A DNA stretch of 64,000 nucleotides from Candidatus Entotheonellaceae bacterium (GTDB lineage Bacteria > Tectomicrobia > Entotheonellia > Entotheonellales > Entotheonellaceae): NCBI GenBank assembly GCA_965238075.1, contig OZ250173.1, positions 768,001-832,000 of the forward strand. Reading direction: 5' to 3'. The position numbers and the translations under genes were made by a program. Below are positions 11,222-20,946 of this stretch, one piece after another. Every line of letters begins with the position of its first letter. Position 1 is the stretch's first letter. The notes beneath the pieces were generated by a model, which searched no databases, was not told where the DNA came from, and saw nothing but the letters and a program-made list of their open reading frames with translations.

Positions 11222-12585
11222 GGGCATCTCTAATAATACCCATCTCCCACATGGTTTAGAATTACTGAAACACGTCAACCAGCAAGGCCGGAGGAGTTGA
11301 ACATGTCTCAGATGGGCTTTTTCGATGTCGAGAATCGCTACGCCGCTCTGGATGCCAAGAACGATCCCTTGGTGAAAATCAATGCCGTCGTTCCTTGGGA
11401 AGCATTCCGCAGCCGCCTGGAGAACGTCTGGCGCAAGCCAGCCGACAAGCGCAAGTCCAATTCGGGGTGCAAGCCGTGGGATGCCATCGTCATGTTCAAA
11501 GCCATCATTTTGTGCGCCCTCTACAATCTGTCGGATGATCAAGTCGAGTATCAAATGCGCGACCGCCTGTCCTTCGTGCGCTTCTTGGGACTGGCACTTG
11601 AAGACAAGGTGCCGGACGCCAAAACCGTGTGGCTCTACCGCGAGCAGTTGTCACAGGCTGGCCTCATCGATGCCTTGTTTGAGGATTTCGACGGCTACCT
11701 GAAAAACCAGGGCTACCAGGCAATGGGTGGTCAGATCATAGATGCTTCGATTGTCGCGGTTCCCATCCAGCGCAATCGTCGTGACGACAATGAGCAGATC
11801 AAGCGCGGTGAGCTACCCGAGGCCTGGGCCGACAAGCCGGCCAAGCGTCGGCAAAAAGACAGGGATGCGCGCTGGACCAAGAAGCACGGCAAGAGCCACT
11901 ATGGCTACAAGAATCACGTCAACATCGACCGTCGGCACAAGCTGATACGGCGTTACCGGGTGACGGACGCAGCGGTGCATGACAGCCAAGTGCTTGAGGA
12001 GTTGTTGGCGTCGGACAACACGGCAAGCGGTGTCTGGGCGGACAGCGCCTACCGGTCGAAAGACACTGAAGCGAAGGTGAAAGCCAGGGGCTTGACGAGT
12101 CGGATTCATCGCAAGGCTTCTCGCAACCGCCCGTTGCGCGATTGGGAGAAAGCGGGCAACCAGAGTCGTTCCCGATTTCGGGCTCGGATAGAGCATGTCT
12201 TCGGCGCGCAGCACAACGACATGGGCGGGACTCTGGTTCGCAGCATGGGGCTTGTACGGGCGAGGGCGCGCATAGGTCTTAAGAACCTTGCCTCGGCGCG
12301 CAGCACAACGACATGGGCGGGACTCTGGTTCGCACAACATAAGAACCTTGCCTACAACATGCTGGTTCACTTGCAATGCGGCGCCTGGTTCACTTGCAAC
12401 GTCTGGCGAGGGTGGATTCACGCTAAAGGGCGCAGCGGGGTGCCGGATGCCCTCTTTGAAGGCGCCATGGCTCCTGTTGAGGAGCGACATCACCACGCAA
12501 ACCGCCGTTTATTCTCTGTCGCCATGGCGCGGCAAAGTCACTCACGCCAGTTTTGCCCGCCAGTGAGTCATTTTTCGAGGCGCCC
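11222..12585 (+). mobile_element. IS5-family insertion sequence
   Basis: Imperfect terminal IRs GGGCATCTCTAATAAT and ATTTTTCGAGGCGCCC (12/16 match). TACA on both flanks (11218-11221, 12586-12589). Encodes an IS5 transposase. Confidence 0.88.
11303..12426 (+). pseudogene. IS5-family DDE transposase with duplications and a frameshift at the C-terminus
   Basis: YNLSDDQVE, PDAKT, IIDASIV, DARWTKK, GYKNH, WADSAY, RARIEHVFG. A 60-nt and a 17-nt insertion near the 3' end bypass the native stop at 12424-12426, so the ORF runs on to 12709. Confidence 0.8.
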
Positions 12586-12716
12586 TACAGCAAACGGAGA
12601 TGGATGTTTGTGTCAGATATTCTTAATCCTTCATATGAAGGTGCCAGGTATCCTTAGATCACGCGCGGTAAAACGAGAGGCGTTGGGCAGGTTAAAATGC
12701 CGGAAATAGACAGCAA

Positions 12717-13250
12717 CTAGGAGCATATATCTTTGATTTGTTCAGCCGCACCCGCAGGCGAGTCAGCTCGCGCCGTGATGCGAACCATGGCGCTGGCCTG
12801 GCCACGTGTGTTCCGAGCGCCGCGGACGCCCACCAGCTCGGCATCCACGGACGTCAGCAAAGCAGCCGGCTCCCACCGGAAGCCTGGCGTCTCTTCATTC
12901 AGGCGCTCGCTCACCGCAAGCGCCACGGCGCCGCTGGAAACCAGCCCGAACAGGGTGTCCTGGCCGGCCGGCAATCCTGCCGCAGGCTGCCGGCCTCCTT
13001 CCGAAAGGGTTTTGAAGCGCTCGTCGTCAAAAACGACACCGGTCCTGGCACGCAGCACCACCACATCCGCGGCGGCCTCATACTGCACGGGGACCACGAT
13101 GTATATGGCCGTGCCCAGCACCATCGCAACGACTGCCAGGCACAGAATCTCCCGCCACCAAACCGCCAGGATCAAAATGCCTTCTCGAAGGTCGAACTCG
13201 GTTTCAAGGGGGTCGGGCACAGGATGCCCGGAGGGATTGGTTTCGGCCAT
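12717..13250 (-). pseudogene. Wzz/GumC-like polysaccharide chain-length/export protein, N-terminal remnant
   Basis: EFDLREGILILAVWWREI, one TM helix, PVQYEAAADVVV, VRITARADSP. Ends after 177 aa next to the IS, with no coiled-coil or second TM. Confidence 0.7.
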
Positions 13251-13495
13251 GGGGGGTTTTCTCTGTCCAGTGGATGTACTCAACGATGGGTCCAGGGATA
13301 TTAAACCGCATTCAGGTGCCAAGGCAAGGCTCCGGGCACGAAACGGCATTGGCAATTGAGCCGCACGAACGTTGCGGATACACTTCGATGCCACTGCCAC
13401 CCACACCGGCCCAGGCACGCCGCGGGTTTGCGGAAGCCTGACAGACAGCGCTCGGATCCATGCTTCTCACCCTGCGCTCCAAACGGGAGTTCATC

Positions 13496-14644
13496 ATGCA
13501 ATGCCACCGCCATCTCTTCTCCTTACCGGCGTCTCAGCACTACCTGAACTGCGCCTACATGTCGCCACTGCTGAAATCGGTGCAAGACGCCGGCATCGCC
13601 GCTGTCGGGCTGAAAGCCTCGCCCGCCGACATCGGCGGGGCGGAATTTTTCGAGCCGGTCGAAACCCTGCGCGACCGCTTTGCCCGCCTCGTCAACACCT
13701 CGGCCGATCGGGTCGCCTGCATACCCGCCGCCAGCTACGGGGTGGCCGTGGCGGTCCACAACACGCCGCTGCGGGCCGGTCAGAACGTGGTCATCCCGGC
13801 GGAAGAGTTTCCGAGCAACGTCTACGGCTGGATGGCCGCCTGCGACCGCAGCGGGGCCGAACTGCGCCTTGTCGAACGCCCGGATGGACCGCCGTCGGCA
13901 GCGGCGTGGAACGCGCGCGTCCTGGAGGCTATCGACCGCAATACCGCGTCGGTGACGCTCACTGACGTCCACTATACCGACGGCACTCCCTTCGATCTCG
14001 AAGCCATCGGGCAGCGGGCGCGCGAGGTCGGCGCCCTGTTCGTCGTCGATGGCACCCAATCGGTCGGCGCCCTGCCCTTCGATTTTGACCGCCTGCAACC
14101 GGATCTGTTGGTGTGCGCCGGTTACAAGTGGATGCTCGGTCCGTATCAGTACGGCCTCATCGCGGTCGGCGACCGGCTGCTGGACGGCGAGCCATTCGAA
14201 CACAACTGGATTAACCGCAAGGACAGCGAGAACTTCAGCAACCTGAGCCAGTTCCGACGAGATTACCAGCCCGGCGCCCGGCGCTTCGACACCGGCGAGC
14301 GCTCGAATTTCATCCTGGTGGCAATGCTCAACGAGGGGCTGAAGCAAATCCTGACGTGGGGCGTGGAGGCCATCCGGGATCATTGCGCCGCCCTCAGCGG
14401 CGACGTGGAAGCGGCCCTGGCGGACAGCCCATACGTGATGGCGCCGGCAGCGGAACGCTCCCCGCACCTGTTCGGCATTCGCGTGCCCGACGGCGAGCGG
14501 CTGCCTGCCATCCTGGAGGACCTGCGCCGCCGCGAGGTTTACGTGTCGCAGCGCGGCACGTCGCTGCGGGTATCGCCGCACGTCTACAACACCCCCGACG
14601 ACCTCGGCGCCTTGGTTGAGGCCCTGCGCGCCGCGGTGCCGTAG
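13496..14644 (+). CDS. Aminotransferase class V PLP-dependent enzyme
   Basis: YLNCAYMSP, EEFPSN, DGTQSVGA, CAGYKWMLGP (PLP Lys), LRVSPHVYN. Confidence 0.9.
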   Translation: MQCHRHLFSLPASQHYLNCAYMSPLLKSVQDAGIAAVGLKASPADIGGAEFFEPVETLRDRFARLVNTSADRVACIPAASYGVAVAVHNTPLRAGQNVVIPAEEFPSNVYGWMAACDRSGAELRLVERPDGPPSAAAWNARVLEAIDRNTASVTLTDVHYTDGTPFDLEAIGQRAREVGALFVVDGTQSVGALPFDFDRLQPDLLVCAGYKWMLGPYQYGLIAVGDRLLDGEPFEHNWINRKDSENFSNLSQFRRDYQPGARRFDTGERSNFILVAMLNEGLKQILTWGVEAIRDHCAALSGDVEAALADSPYVMAPAAERSPHLFGIRVPDGERLPAILEDLRRREVYVSQRGTSLRVSPHVYNTPDDLGALVEALRAAVP

Positions 14645-14682
14645 CCCCGCACGCGGCGCACGAGTCGCTTGATAGTGCTTGT

Positions 14683-14795
14683 CCCCTCCTTCCCTAGTCT
14701 TCCCCCTCGCTGGGGGGAGGGAACCAAGAGGTCGTATTCCCCGCAGAGAGGTTTTACTCCCTCTTTCCTGGCGGGAGAGGGTTGGGGTGAGGGGG
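14683..14795. repeat. C/G-rich inverted repeat doublet
   Basis: CCCCTCCTTCCCTAGTCTTCCCCC...GGGAGAGGGTTGGGGTGAGGGGG, same architecture as 47770-47875. Confidence 0.7.
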
Positions 14796-14900
14796 AATCC
14801 AACGCGAGACACTAAGGGGTTTGTGTCACCGGCGGCCTACGGCTATTCTGGCACTTGATAGCCATTTCGACACCATACCCCATACCAAGAAGGTATTCCC

Positions 14901-15938
14901 ATGATCGCACGCCCCTGGCAGTTTATTCAGACCGCAGCCATAACGTCCCTGCTCTTTGCCGGCCTTGTCGCACCCGCTAGCGCCGAGGCCGCCTATCCCG
15001 ACGGCCTGTACGCTGAGATGCACACCTCGAAGGGCCTTATCGTGCTGCGTCTGGCCTACGAAGAGGCGCCCATGACGGTGGTAAATTTCGTCGGCTTGGC
15101 GGAAGGCACCAAAAACTCCAACAAACCAGCGGGAACGCCATTTTACGACGGCCTGACGTTTCATCGCGTCATCGCCAATTTCATGATCCAGGGCGGCGAC
15201 CCGGAAGGCAGCGGGGGTGGCGGTCCCGGCTATAAATTCCCCGACGAGATTCACCCCGCCCTCCGCCATGACGGCCCGGGCGTGCTGTCCATGGCTAACG
15301 CCGGCCGCAACACGAACGGCAGCCAGTTCTTCATCACCTACAAGGCAACACCGTGGCTGGACGGCAAGCACACCGTGTTCGGACGGGTCATTCAGGGACA
15401 GGACGTCGTCGATGCCATCGCGCAGGGCGACAAGCTGGAAAAGCTGACGATCGTGCGGGTGGGCGACGCGGCCAAGGCGTTCAAGGCGGACCAGGCGAGG
15501 TTCGACGGCATGATCGCGGAGATCGCGGGCGCCGAAGAGGCGCACGCCAGGAAGGAATACGAGGACGCCATGGCGGTGCTGGAAGAAGCGTTCCCCGGAA
15601 AAATGCGGACTACCGAATCGGGTCTCATGTACATCATCGTCGAGGCGGGCGACGGCCCCAAGCCGCAGCCCGGCACACGCATCCAGGCGCACTACACGGG
15701 CAAATTTCTGAGCGGCAGGGTCTTCGACAGCTCGGTGCAACGCGGCGAGCCGTTCGCCTTCGAGGTCGGCATGGGGCGTGTCGTCAAAGGATGGGACGAG
15801 GCGCTGCTCGACATGCAGAAGGGGGAAAAACGCATCCTGATCATTCCCAGCGACCTGGCCTACGGCGAACGGGGTTATCCGCCGGTCATCCCGCCGCGGG
15901 CAACGCTGGTGTTCGATGTGGAACTGGTCGATTTCTAA
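14901..15938 (+). CDS. Exported dual-domain peptidyl-prolyl isomerase (cyclophilin + FKBP)
   Basis: Signal peptide ending ASA. Cyclophilin motifs [43 protein letters not shown] motifs HYTGKF, VFDSS, GWDEAL, LAYG, LVFDVEL. Confidence 0.93.
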   Translation: MIARPWQFIQTAAITSLLFAGLVAPASAEAAYPDGLYAEMHTSKGLIVLRLAYEEAPMTVVNFVGLAEGTKNSNKPAGTPFYDGLTFHRVIANFMIQGGDPEGSGGGGPGYKFPDEIHPALRHDGPGVLSMANAGRNTNGSQFFITYKATPWLDGKHTVFGRVIQGQDVVDAIAQGDKLEKLTIVRVGDAAKAFKADQARFDGMIAEIAGAEEAHARKEYEDAMAVLEEAFPGKMRTTESGLMYIIVEAGDGPKPQPGTRIQAHYTGKFLSGRVFDSSVQRGEPFAFEVGMGRVVKGWDEALLDMQKGEKRILIIPSDLAYGERGYPPVIPPRATLVFDVELVDF

Positions 15939-15949
15939 GCTGTTGACCT

Positions 15950-16122
15950 GTAGGTCGGATTGGCTATCCCGAATTGTCATTCCGAGCTTGACCCGGAATC
16001 CAGCGACCCTGGTTCCATTTCGCAACAGGCCGTTGGCCCGACAAAACCCTGGACCCCGGCTTTCGCCGGGGTGACGGGCCGTGGCGAGGTCAATTGGAAT
16101 TCCTGCTACCAATCCGACCTAC
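15950..16122. repeat. Composite repeat: 14-bp perfect GTAG-REP-derived IR enclosing a CGTC-REP doublet
   Basis: GTAGGTCGGATTGG (15950-15963) and CCAATCCGACCTAC (16109-16122) flank GTCATTCCGAGCTTGACCCGGAATCCAG...CTGGACCCCGGCTTTCGCCGGGGTGACG (15976-16076). Confidence 0.8.
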
Positions 16123-16130
16123 GGGCCTAC

Positions 16131-16451
16131 CTACGCCACGCCTTCCGGCTGCGCGTCTTCTGCTGCCTCTTCCGGCAACGCCTTGAACGCCGTGACCAGT
16201 TCCTGCCAATCCACCTGCCCGAGCGCCCAGGCCAGCAGATCGGCGCCGAGGCATTCCGGCACGTCGTTCTCGTCCACGCCCAGAAGCCCCTCCCACACGT
16301 GCTCCTCGGCCCACTCGCTCAGCCGTTCCTCCGGCACCCGCCCGGCGGCGATCTCACGCACCGTCGCCAGGTGCTCGTCGTCAGCGAAAAGCCACGTAGA
16401 CACCGCCCATGTGGTATAGTTGCGCCAACCGTTATACCCTGGTTCAATCAT
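16131..16451 (-). CDS. Hypothetical acidic protein with YNGWxNYxTW motif (phage-associated type)
   Basis: 106 aa. AAGGAAAGGA RBS. MIEPGYNGWRNYTTWAVSTWL...VDWQEL. Confidence 0.7.
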   Translation of the reverse strand: MIEPGYNGWRNYTTWAVSTWLFADDEHLATVREIAAGRVPEERLSEWAEEHVWEGLLGVDENDVPECLGADLLAWALGQVDWQELVTAFKALPEEAAEDAQPEGVA

Positions 16452-16583
16452 GACCGAAGTCCTTTCCTTACAGTGATTTGACTGCCTGTTACGCGACACG
16501 ATCAGAACACATTTGGGCGCTTGCCACAAGTCCTGAACCCGCCGGTGCGGCCCGCACGCGGCCGTTAATCCGAAGGAGAATCG

Positions 16584-17804
16584 ATGACCGTCAAACCGGA
16601 GGAAGTTGGCCTCTCATCCGCCCGTCTCGACCGCATCCGCGGCCACTTTCAGCGCTACATCGACGACGGCAGGCTCGCCGGCACCCTGACCCTGGTAGCC
16701 CGCCACGGCGAGATTGCCTATTTCGAGCCGCAAGGCCACCTCGAGGTCGAACGCCGGCGCCCCATGCAGCGCGACACCGTCTTTCGCATTTATTCGATGA
16801 GCAAGCCAATCACCACGGTCGCCCTCATGATGCTGGTCGAACAGGGCCTGTGCCAGCTTGACGACCCCGTGCACCGCTACATCCCCGCCTGGGAGGGCCT
16901 GCGCGTGTTCGTCGGCGGTAACTACCCAACCTTCCTCACGGCGCCGGTGGCGCGGCCCATGGTCATCCGCGACCTGCTCAATCACACCTCCGGCCTCACC
17001 TACGGCTTCATGGAACGCACCAACGTCGACGCCGCCTATCGCAGCCTGAGAATCGCCGACCGAAGCCGGCCCGACTACACCCTCCAGAACATGGTGGATA
17101 CCCTGGCGGAGTTGCCGCTGGAATTCTCGCCCGGCACGCGCTGGAATTATTCGGTCGCCACGGACGTCGCGGCATACCTGGTCGAGGTGATCTCGGGTCA
17201 GCGGTTCGATGCCTACCTGGGGGAGCGCATTTTCCAGCCGCTGGGCATGACCGACACGGCCTTCACCGTGGCCGACGAGCAGCTTGAGCGCTTCGCCTGC
17301 AATTACGAACGGCTGCGCGACGGTCGGTTGCGGCTCGCCGACGCCCCGGAGAGCAGCGAGTATCGCAGCGGCAATTTCTTGTCGGGCGGCGGCGGGCTGC
17401 TCTCCACGGCGCCGGATTACCTGCGTTTTACGCTCATGCTGCGGAATCGCGGCGAGCTGGACGGCGTCCGCTTGCTGGGCCGCAAGACCGTGGAACTGAT
17501 GACTATGAACCACCTGCCGGGCGGGCAGGACCTGACGGCGCTGGCGCAGGCCGGCATGTTCACCGAGACCGCCTACGCCGGGGTGGGATTCGGCCTGGGG
17601 TTTTCCGTCATGCTGAACCCGGCGCGGGCACAGGTACTCGGCACGCCGGGCGAATTCGCCTGGGGCGGCGCGGCCAGCACGGCCTTCTGGGTAGACCCCG
17701 TCGAGGACCTCATCGTCATTTTCATGACGCAGGTGATGCCGTCGTCGTCCTACCCCATTCGCCGCGAGTTGCGCACCCTTACCTACGCTGCCCTGGTGGA
17801 TTAG
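16584..17804 (+). CDS. Serine hydrolase, beta-lactamase class C/esterase family
   Basis: FRIYSMSK (SxxK), LLNHTSG, WNYS, PLGMTDT, SGGGGL, WGGAAST. Confidence 0.92.
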   Translation: MTVKPEEVGLSSARLDRIRGHFQRYIDDGRLAGTLTLVARHGEIAYFEPQGHLEVERRRPMQRDTVFRIYSMSKPITTVALMMLVEQGLCQLDDPVHRYIPAWEGLRVFVGGNYPTFLTAPVARPMVIRDLLNHTSGLTYGFMERTNVDAAYRSLRIADRSRPDYTLQNMVDTLAELPLEFSPGTRWNYSVATDVAAYLVEVISGQRFDAYLGERIFQPLGMTDTAFTVADEQLERFACNYERLRDGRLRLADAPESSEYRSGNFLSGGGGLLSTAPDYLRFTLMLRNRGELDGVRLLGRKTVELMTMNHLPGGQDLTALAQAGMFTETAYAGVGFGLGFSVMLNPARAQVLGTPGEFAWGGAASTAFWVDPVEDLIVIFMTQVMPSSSYPIRRELRTLTYAALVD

Positions 17805-17840
17805 GCGCATGTTGTTCCGATCGAACTATGAGGACAAGCC

Positions 17841-20282
17841 ATGGCATACGAACTGACGATTGCCTGCGGCGTCGCGTTCGCCGCCGTTCTAGTTGGCCGC
17901 TATATAACCCGTGGCGCTGACTCCATCATCGCCCTCGTTGTGCGCCGCGCACTGCTGTTCCTTGGCCCCCTTTTCCTGGTGGCGCTACTGTTCTCGCTGC
18001 ACCACTACTGGCTCGGGGCCACGGCGGACATCGTAAGAACCGGCACAACAATCGGCCAACTCGAGGACGCCATCGCCAAGGTGCAGCTTCCTCCCCTGCT
18101 GCAGGCGGCCCTGCAGGGCCAAAACGCCATTGCCCTCGTGATCGCCTTGGTCGTCCTCGCGGCGCTGTTGTTCGTCAAGCCCGGCGCCCCGCACCTTGGC
18201 GTCGGCAAGGGGGCCGCCGCCGGTGTCGGCGCCGTCTATGTGGTTGTCACGATGATCGTATCGGGCGCCCTTCTGGGCCACGCCGCGATGCGGGACATTG
18301 ACGCCAGGGTCGAGCGCCTCAAAGCCCAGGTCGACGGTATCGAACGCAAGACGACGGTGTATAAGGCAGAGATCGAAGACGCGGCGCGGGAAATCGTCAA
18401 GGAAGCGCTCATCGAAGCCCTTGACGTAGCGTCCATCCAGGCACAACTCGACACCGTGCGGGCCAGCCTGCGGGCCGCCCAGGAAGAGATCGAGCCGTAC
18501 AGGTACCTGTTCCAATCCGCCGAGCGGCCCTTTGGAGGCGGCAGCCTTGGATCGGACTTTGCCGATACTTGGCGGGGCATCCAAAATGCCATCACAGAGA
18601 TGCACTGGGACCGGAAGCCCGCCAAGGCCGCCATCCCCGACGCTGGCCGTTCTGCCTGGTCGACGCTGCGGCTCTACGAAGCCGGCACGGACCTGCGGAA
18701 TTACAAGCTAGCCCGGCCCAGGGAAAACTCCTCCGAATTGCACGACACGATTGCCAAGACGTTCGACATCGTCTACGCCGCTGCCGGCAAGCCGGACTTC
18801 GCAGCCGCGCTCGAAATCGGCCATGGCTATCCTCTGGCGCCCCTGGTCGTATCGCTCGTGGACGTGTGGTACGAACCGCTGAAAGCCCTGTCGGCGACGC
18901 AGGCCGAGAGCTTGTTTCACGCCACCGTGGCGGAGCGGCAACCGTTTGCAGACGTCGCAGCCACCGCGCTAACCCAGGCGCGTGAGGCCATGACGCCGCT
19001 CAAGGCGGACTTGCAGCCCGGGCTTGAGCGGGTCGCCAGGGGTCTGCAGCGGCTTGAGGGGGAGGCCGCGCGCCTGCCGCAATCCTTCCGCCGCTTTGCC
19101 GAGCGAACCTACCCGGAACGACTGCAAACCTTTCGCAGCAACTGGCACCGGGTCCTGAGCTTTTCCACCCCCGCCGCGGCGCGCGCGGCGACAGCGTTGC
19201 GAGAGCAAACCGAGGCCCTTCTCGATGCGCCGGCAGACCCCTTCGAGAAGCACGAGCAACTCACCACGTACGAACAGACCCTGCAAACCCTGGCGGGCCG
19301 GGTGGACGACAATTCCCGCTACCAGGCGCTATTGCGGTTCGAGCAGCAGCTTCTCGATGGTCAGCCTGGAACCCGAGCCTTCGCCCGTTTCACCAAGGAA
19401 CACGTGGAATCTCGGTTGGCGGCGCAGCCCGACGCGAAGAACGGCGGGCTTGCCGAAGGCGAATCGCTGGCGGAGTTGGAAGTGCGGAGTCAGTGGCTGG
19501 AGACGCATCGTCTGGCGGCAGCAGGGTTGCTTGACGACACGGACACGGCATGGGAGCCCGGCGACCGCGAGCGTATTTTGAGGCATCTGGCGCTTGATCT
19601 GCAGTTTTTCACGCGCGCCATTCGAGAACGCTACAAGCCGGAAACGTACACGACCGACGAACTGAGAAAACGCATTCGCCGCTATAGCAAGCTGGCCAGT
19701 GCTCTGGAGCCCGAAAATCTGCAGGGGGGCGAGTTTGTCGACACCATATCGGGAAACCTCACTGGGCGCTCAGCGAAGGGCGCCCTGCGGTTTGAGATCG
19801 TCTACTTGGTAGCCAGAGCCGAAGCAAGGCTGCGGCTGTCGCCGTCCAAAGCCTCTCTGCAACTGGCGGATATCTTGCGCCAGGAGCGCGACCTCATCGC
19901 CGTTTATCAGAACGGCTCGGAAGGCAGGTACGTAAAGGCATTGTTCGACCTGTGGCAAGAGGCCGACCTGCGACCGGAATTGGGGGCGCAGGTTTCGGAA
20001 ACCGTCGTTGACTCCATCGAGGATCATAGCGAGCAACTGAAGGTGCCCGCCGTGGGCGCCGTACGCGCCCTGCGCCGCTTGGTCCAGCAATCCAAGGACA
20101 AAGCGCGGGAAGTCACCCGCCTGCGCCAGGAACTGGCGGCGCTCGAAACGTCGGACGCTTCACTCAACAAGGCGCTCACCGTGTCGCATACGCAATTCGT
20201 GTGGCTACAGGAGCAGATTCGACAGGACTGGGCCAAAACACGCCGCCAACTGCATATCAGCGCTGCTTACCGGTCGCGCTGA
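17841..20282 (+). CDS. Hypothetical membrane-anchored, largely helical/coiled-coil protein (813 aa)
   Basis: Long ORF with GAGG RBS; about 4 hydrophobic N-terminal segments; no motif recognised. Confidence 0.75.
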   Translation: MAYELTIACGVAFAAVLVGRYITRGADSIIALVVRRALLFLGPLFLVALLFSLHHYWLGATADIVRTGTTIGQLEDAIAKVQLPPLLQAALQGQNAIALVIALVVLAALLFVKPGAPHLGVGKGAAAGVGAVYVVVTMIVSGALLGHAAMRDIDARVERLKAQVDGIERKTTVYKAEIEDAAREIVKEALIEALDVASIQAQLDTVRASLRAAQEEIEPYRYLFQSAERPFGGGSLGSDFADTWRGIQNAITEMHWDRKPAKAAIPDAGRSAWSTLRLYEAGTDLRNYKLARPRENSSELHDTIAKTFDIVYAAAGKPDFAAALEIGHGYPLAPLVVSLVDVWYEPLKALSATQAESLFHATVAERQPFADVAATALTQAREAMTPLKADLQPGLERVARGLQRLEGEAARLPQSFRRFAERTYPERLQTFRSNWHRVLSFSTPAAARAATALREQTEALLDAPADPFEKHEQLTTYEQTLQTLAGRVDDNSRYQALLRFEQQLLDGQPGTRAFARFTKEHVESRLAAQPDAKNGGLAEGESLAELEVRSQWLETHRLAAAGLLDDTDTAWEPGDRERILRHLALDLQFFTRAIRERYKPETYTTDELRKRIRRYSKLASALEPENLQGGEFVDTISGNLTGRSAKGALRFEIVYLVARAEARLRLSPSKASLQLADILRQERDLIAVYQNGSEGRYVKALFDLWQEADLRPELGAQVSETVVDSIEDHSEQLKVPAVGAVRALRRLVQQSKDKAREVTRLRQELAALETSDASLNKALTVSHTQFVWLQEQIRQDWAKTRRQLHISAAYRSR

Positions 20283-20490
20283 TCCAGCCTGGGAAGATCC
20301 TTACAGCCTGTCAAGGCAATCGAAAATTGCACGCATTGAGGGAAGCGCGGCCGCTGCGAATCCGCCAATGTCGGTTTGGCCAGTATTGGGGAATGCTTTC
20401 GGCGTTCCTGGGGAGTCGCTGCGGGTTGATATGAGGGGTGCTATTCGAAGTTAAGGTTCGATTTTCCGACAGGATCGGGAGGCCAAAACA

Positions 20491-20712
20491 ATGATCGACG
20501 AAACCAACGAAATAGAGAACGAACCCACGATGAAACCGGCGACTGCCGGAGAACGCCTACGAAAGACCCTGGAGCGAATGGCGCAAGGCAACGGCGGCGA
20601 CGCCGTGAGAGCAGCTCTCGCGCTTGCACTGTGGGATAACGTGGGTGTGCCGGCCCGGGTTCAAAACCTCATCAGCCAGATGGGGCACGAAGGCACTGGG
20701 GCGGATTCTTAG
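20491..20712 (+). CDS. Small hypothetical protein (73 aa)
   Basis: GGGAGG RBS before ATG; no motif recognised. Confidence 0.45.
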   Translation: MIDETNEIENEPTMKPATAGERLRKTLERMAQGNGGDAVRAALALALWDNVGVPARVQNLISQMGHEGTGADS

Positions 20713-20946
20713 TCTTCGGATGCCATGGCTCCCGCCGTGCCAAGCTGAAAGCACCAGAACCGGCCTTATGGGAATCAGCAAGGAGGTGCTCACCAGAGAA
20801 AGACGGGCCGGCGATCCCTTACCGCGGGGCCTGGAAGCAAGCCGAAGGTCCCTACACGTCCATCACCACGCCACCAGAATTCCCCTTTCCACCCTTCTGC
20901 ATGCTGGTATACCGAGGGCAACCTTTCGGCGACCGGTAGGAACTCC

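Noticed and set aside
12427..12709. C-terminal extension of the 470-aa transposase ORF as a real domain
   Set aside because: It results from the 17-nt frameshifting duplication and runs through the IS right end into flanking DNA.
13496..14644. Class-V aminotransferase as the missing SufS
   Set aside because: It lacks the RxGHHC (SufS) or GSAC (IscS) catalytic Cys loop; the region reads VSQRGTSLRVSPH.
20440..20475. GGTTCGAT resembling a tRNA T-loop
   Set aside because: No acceptor, D or anticodon stems can be formed around it.
20713..20946. Possible purine riboswitch upstream of the NCS2 permease
   Set aside because: I could not find the purine aptamer consensus; an Rfam scan would be needed to exclude other classes.
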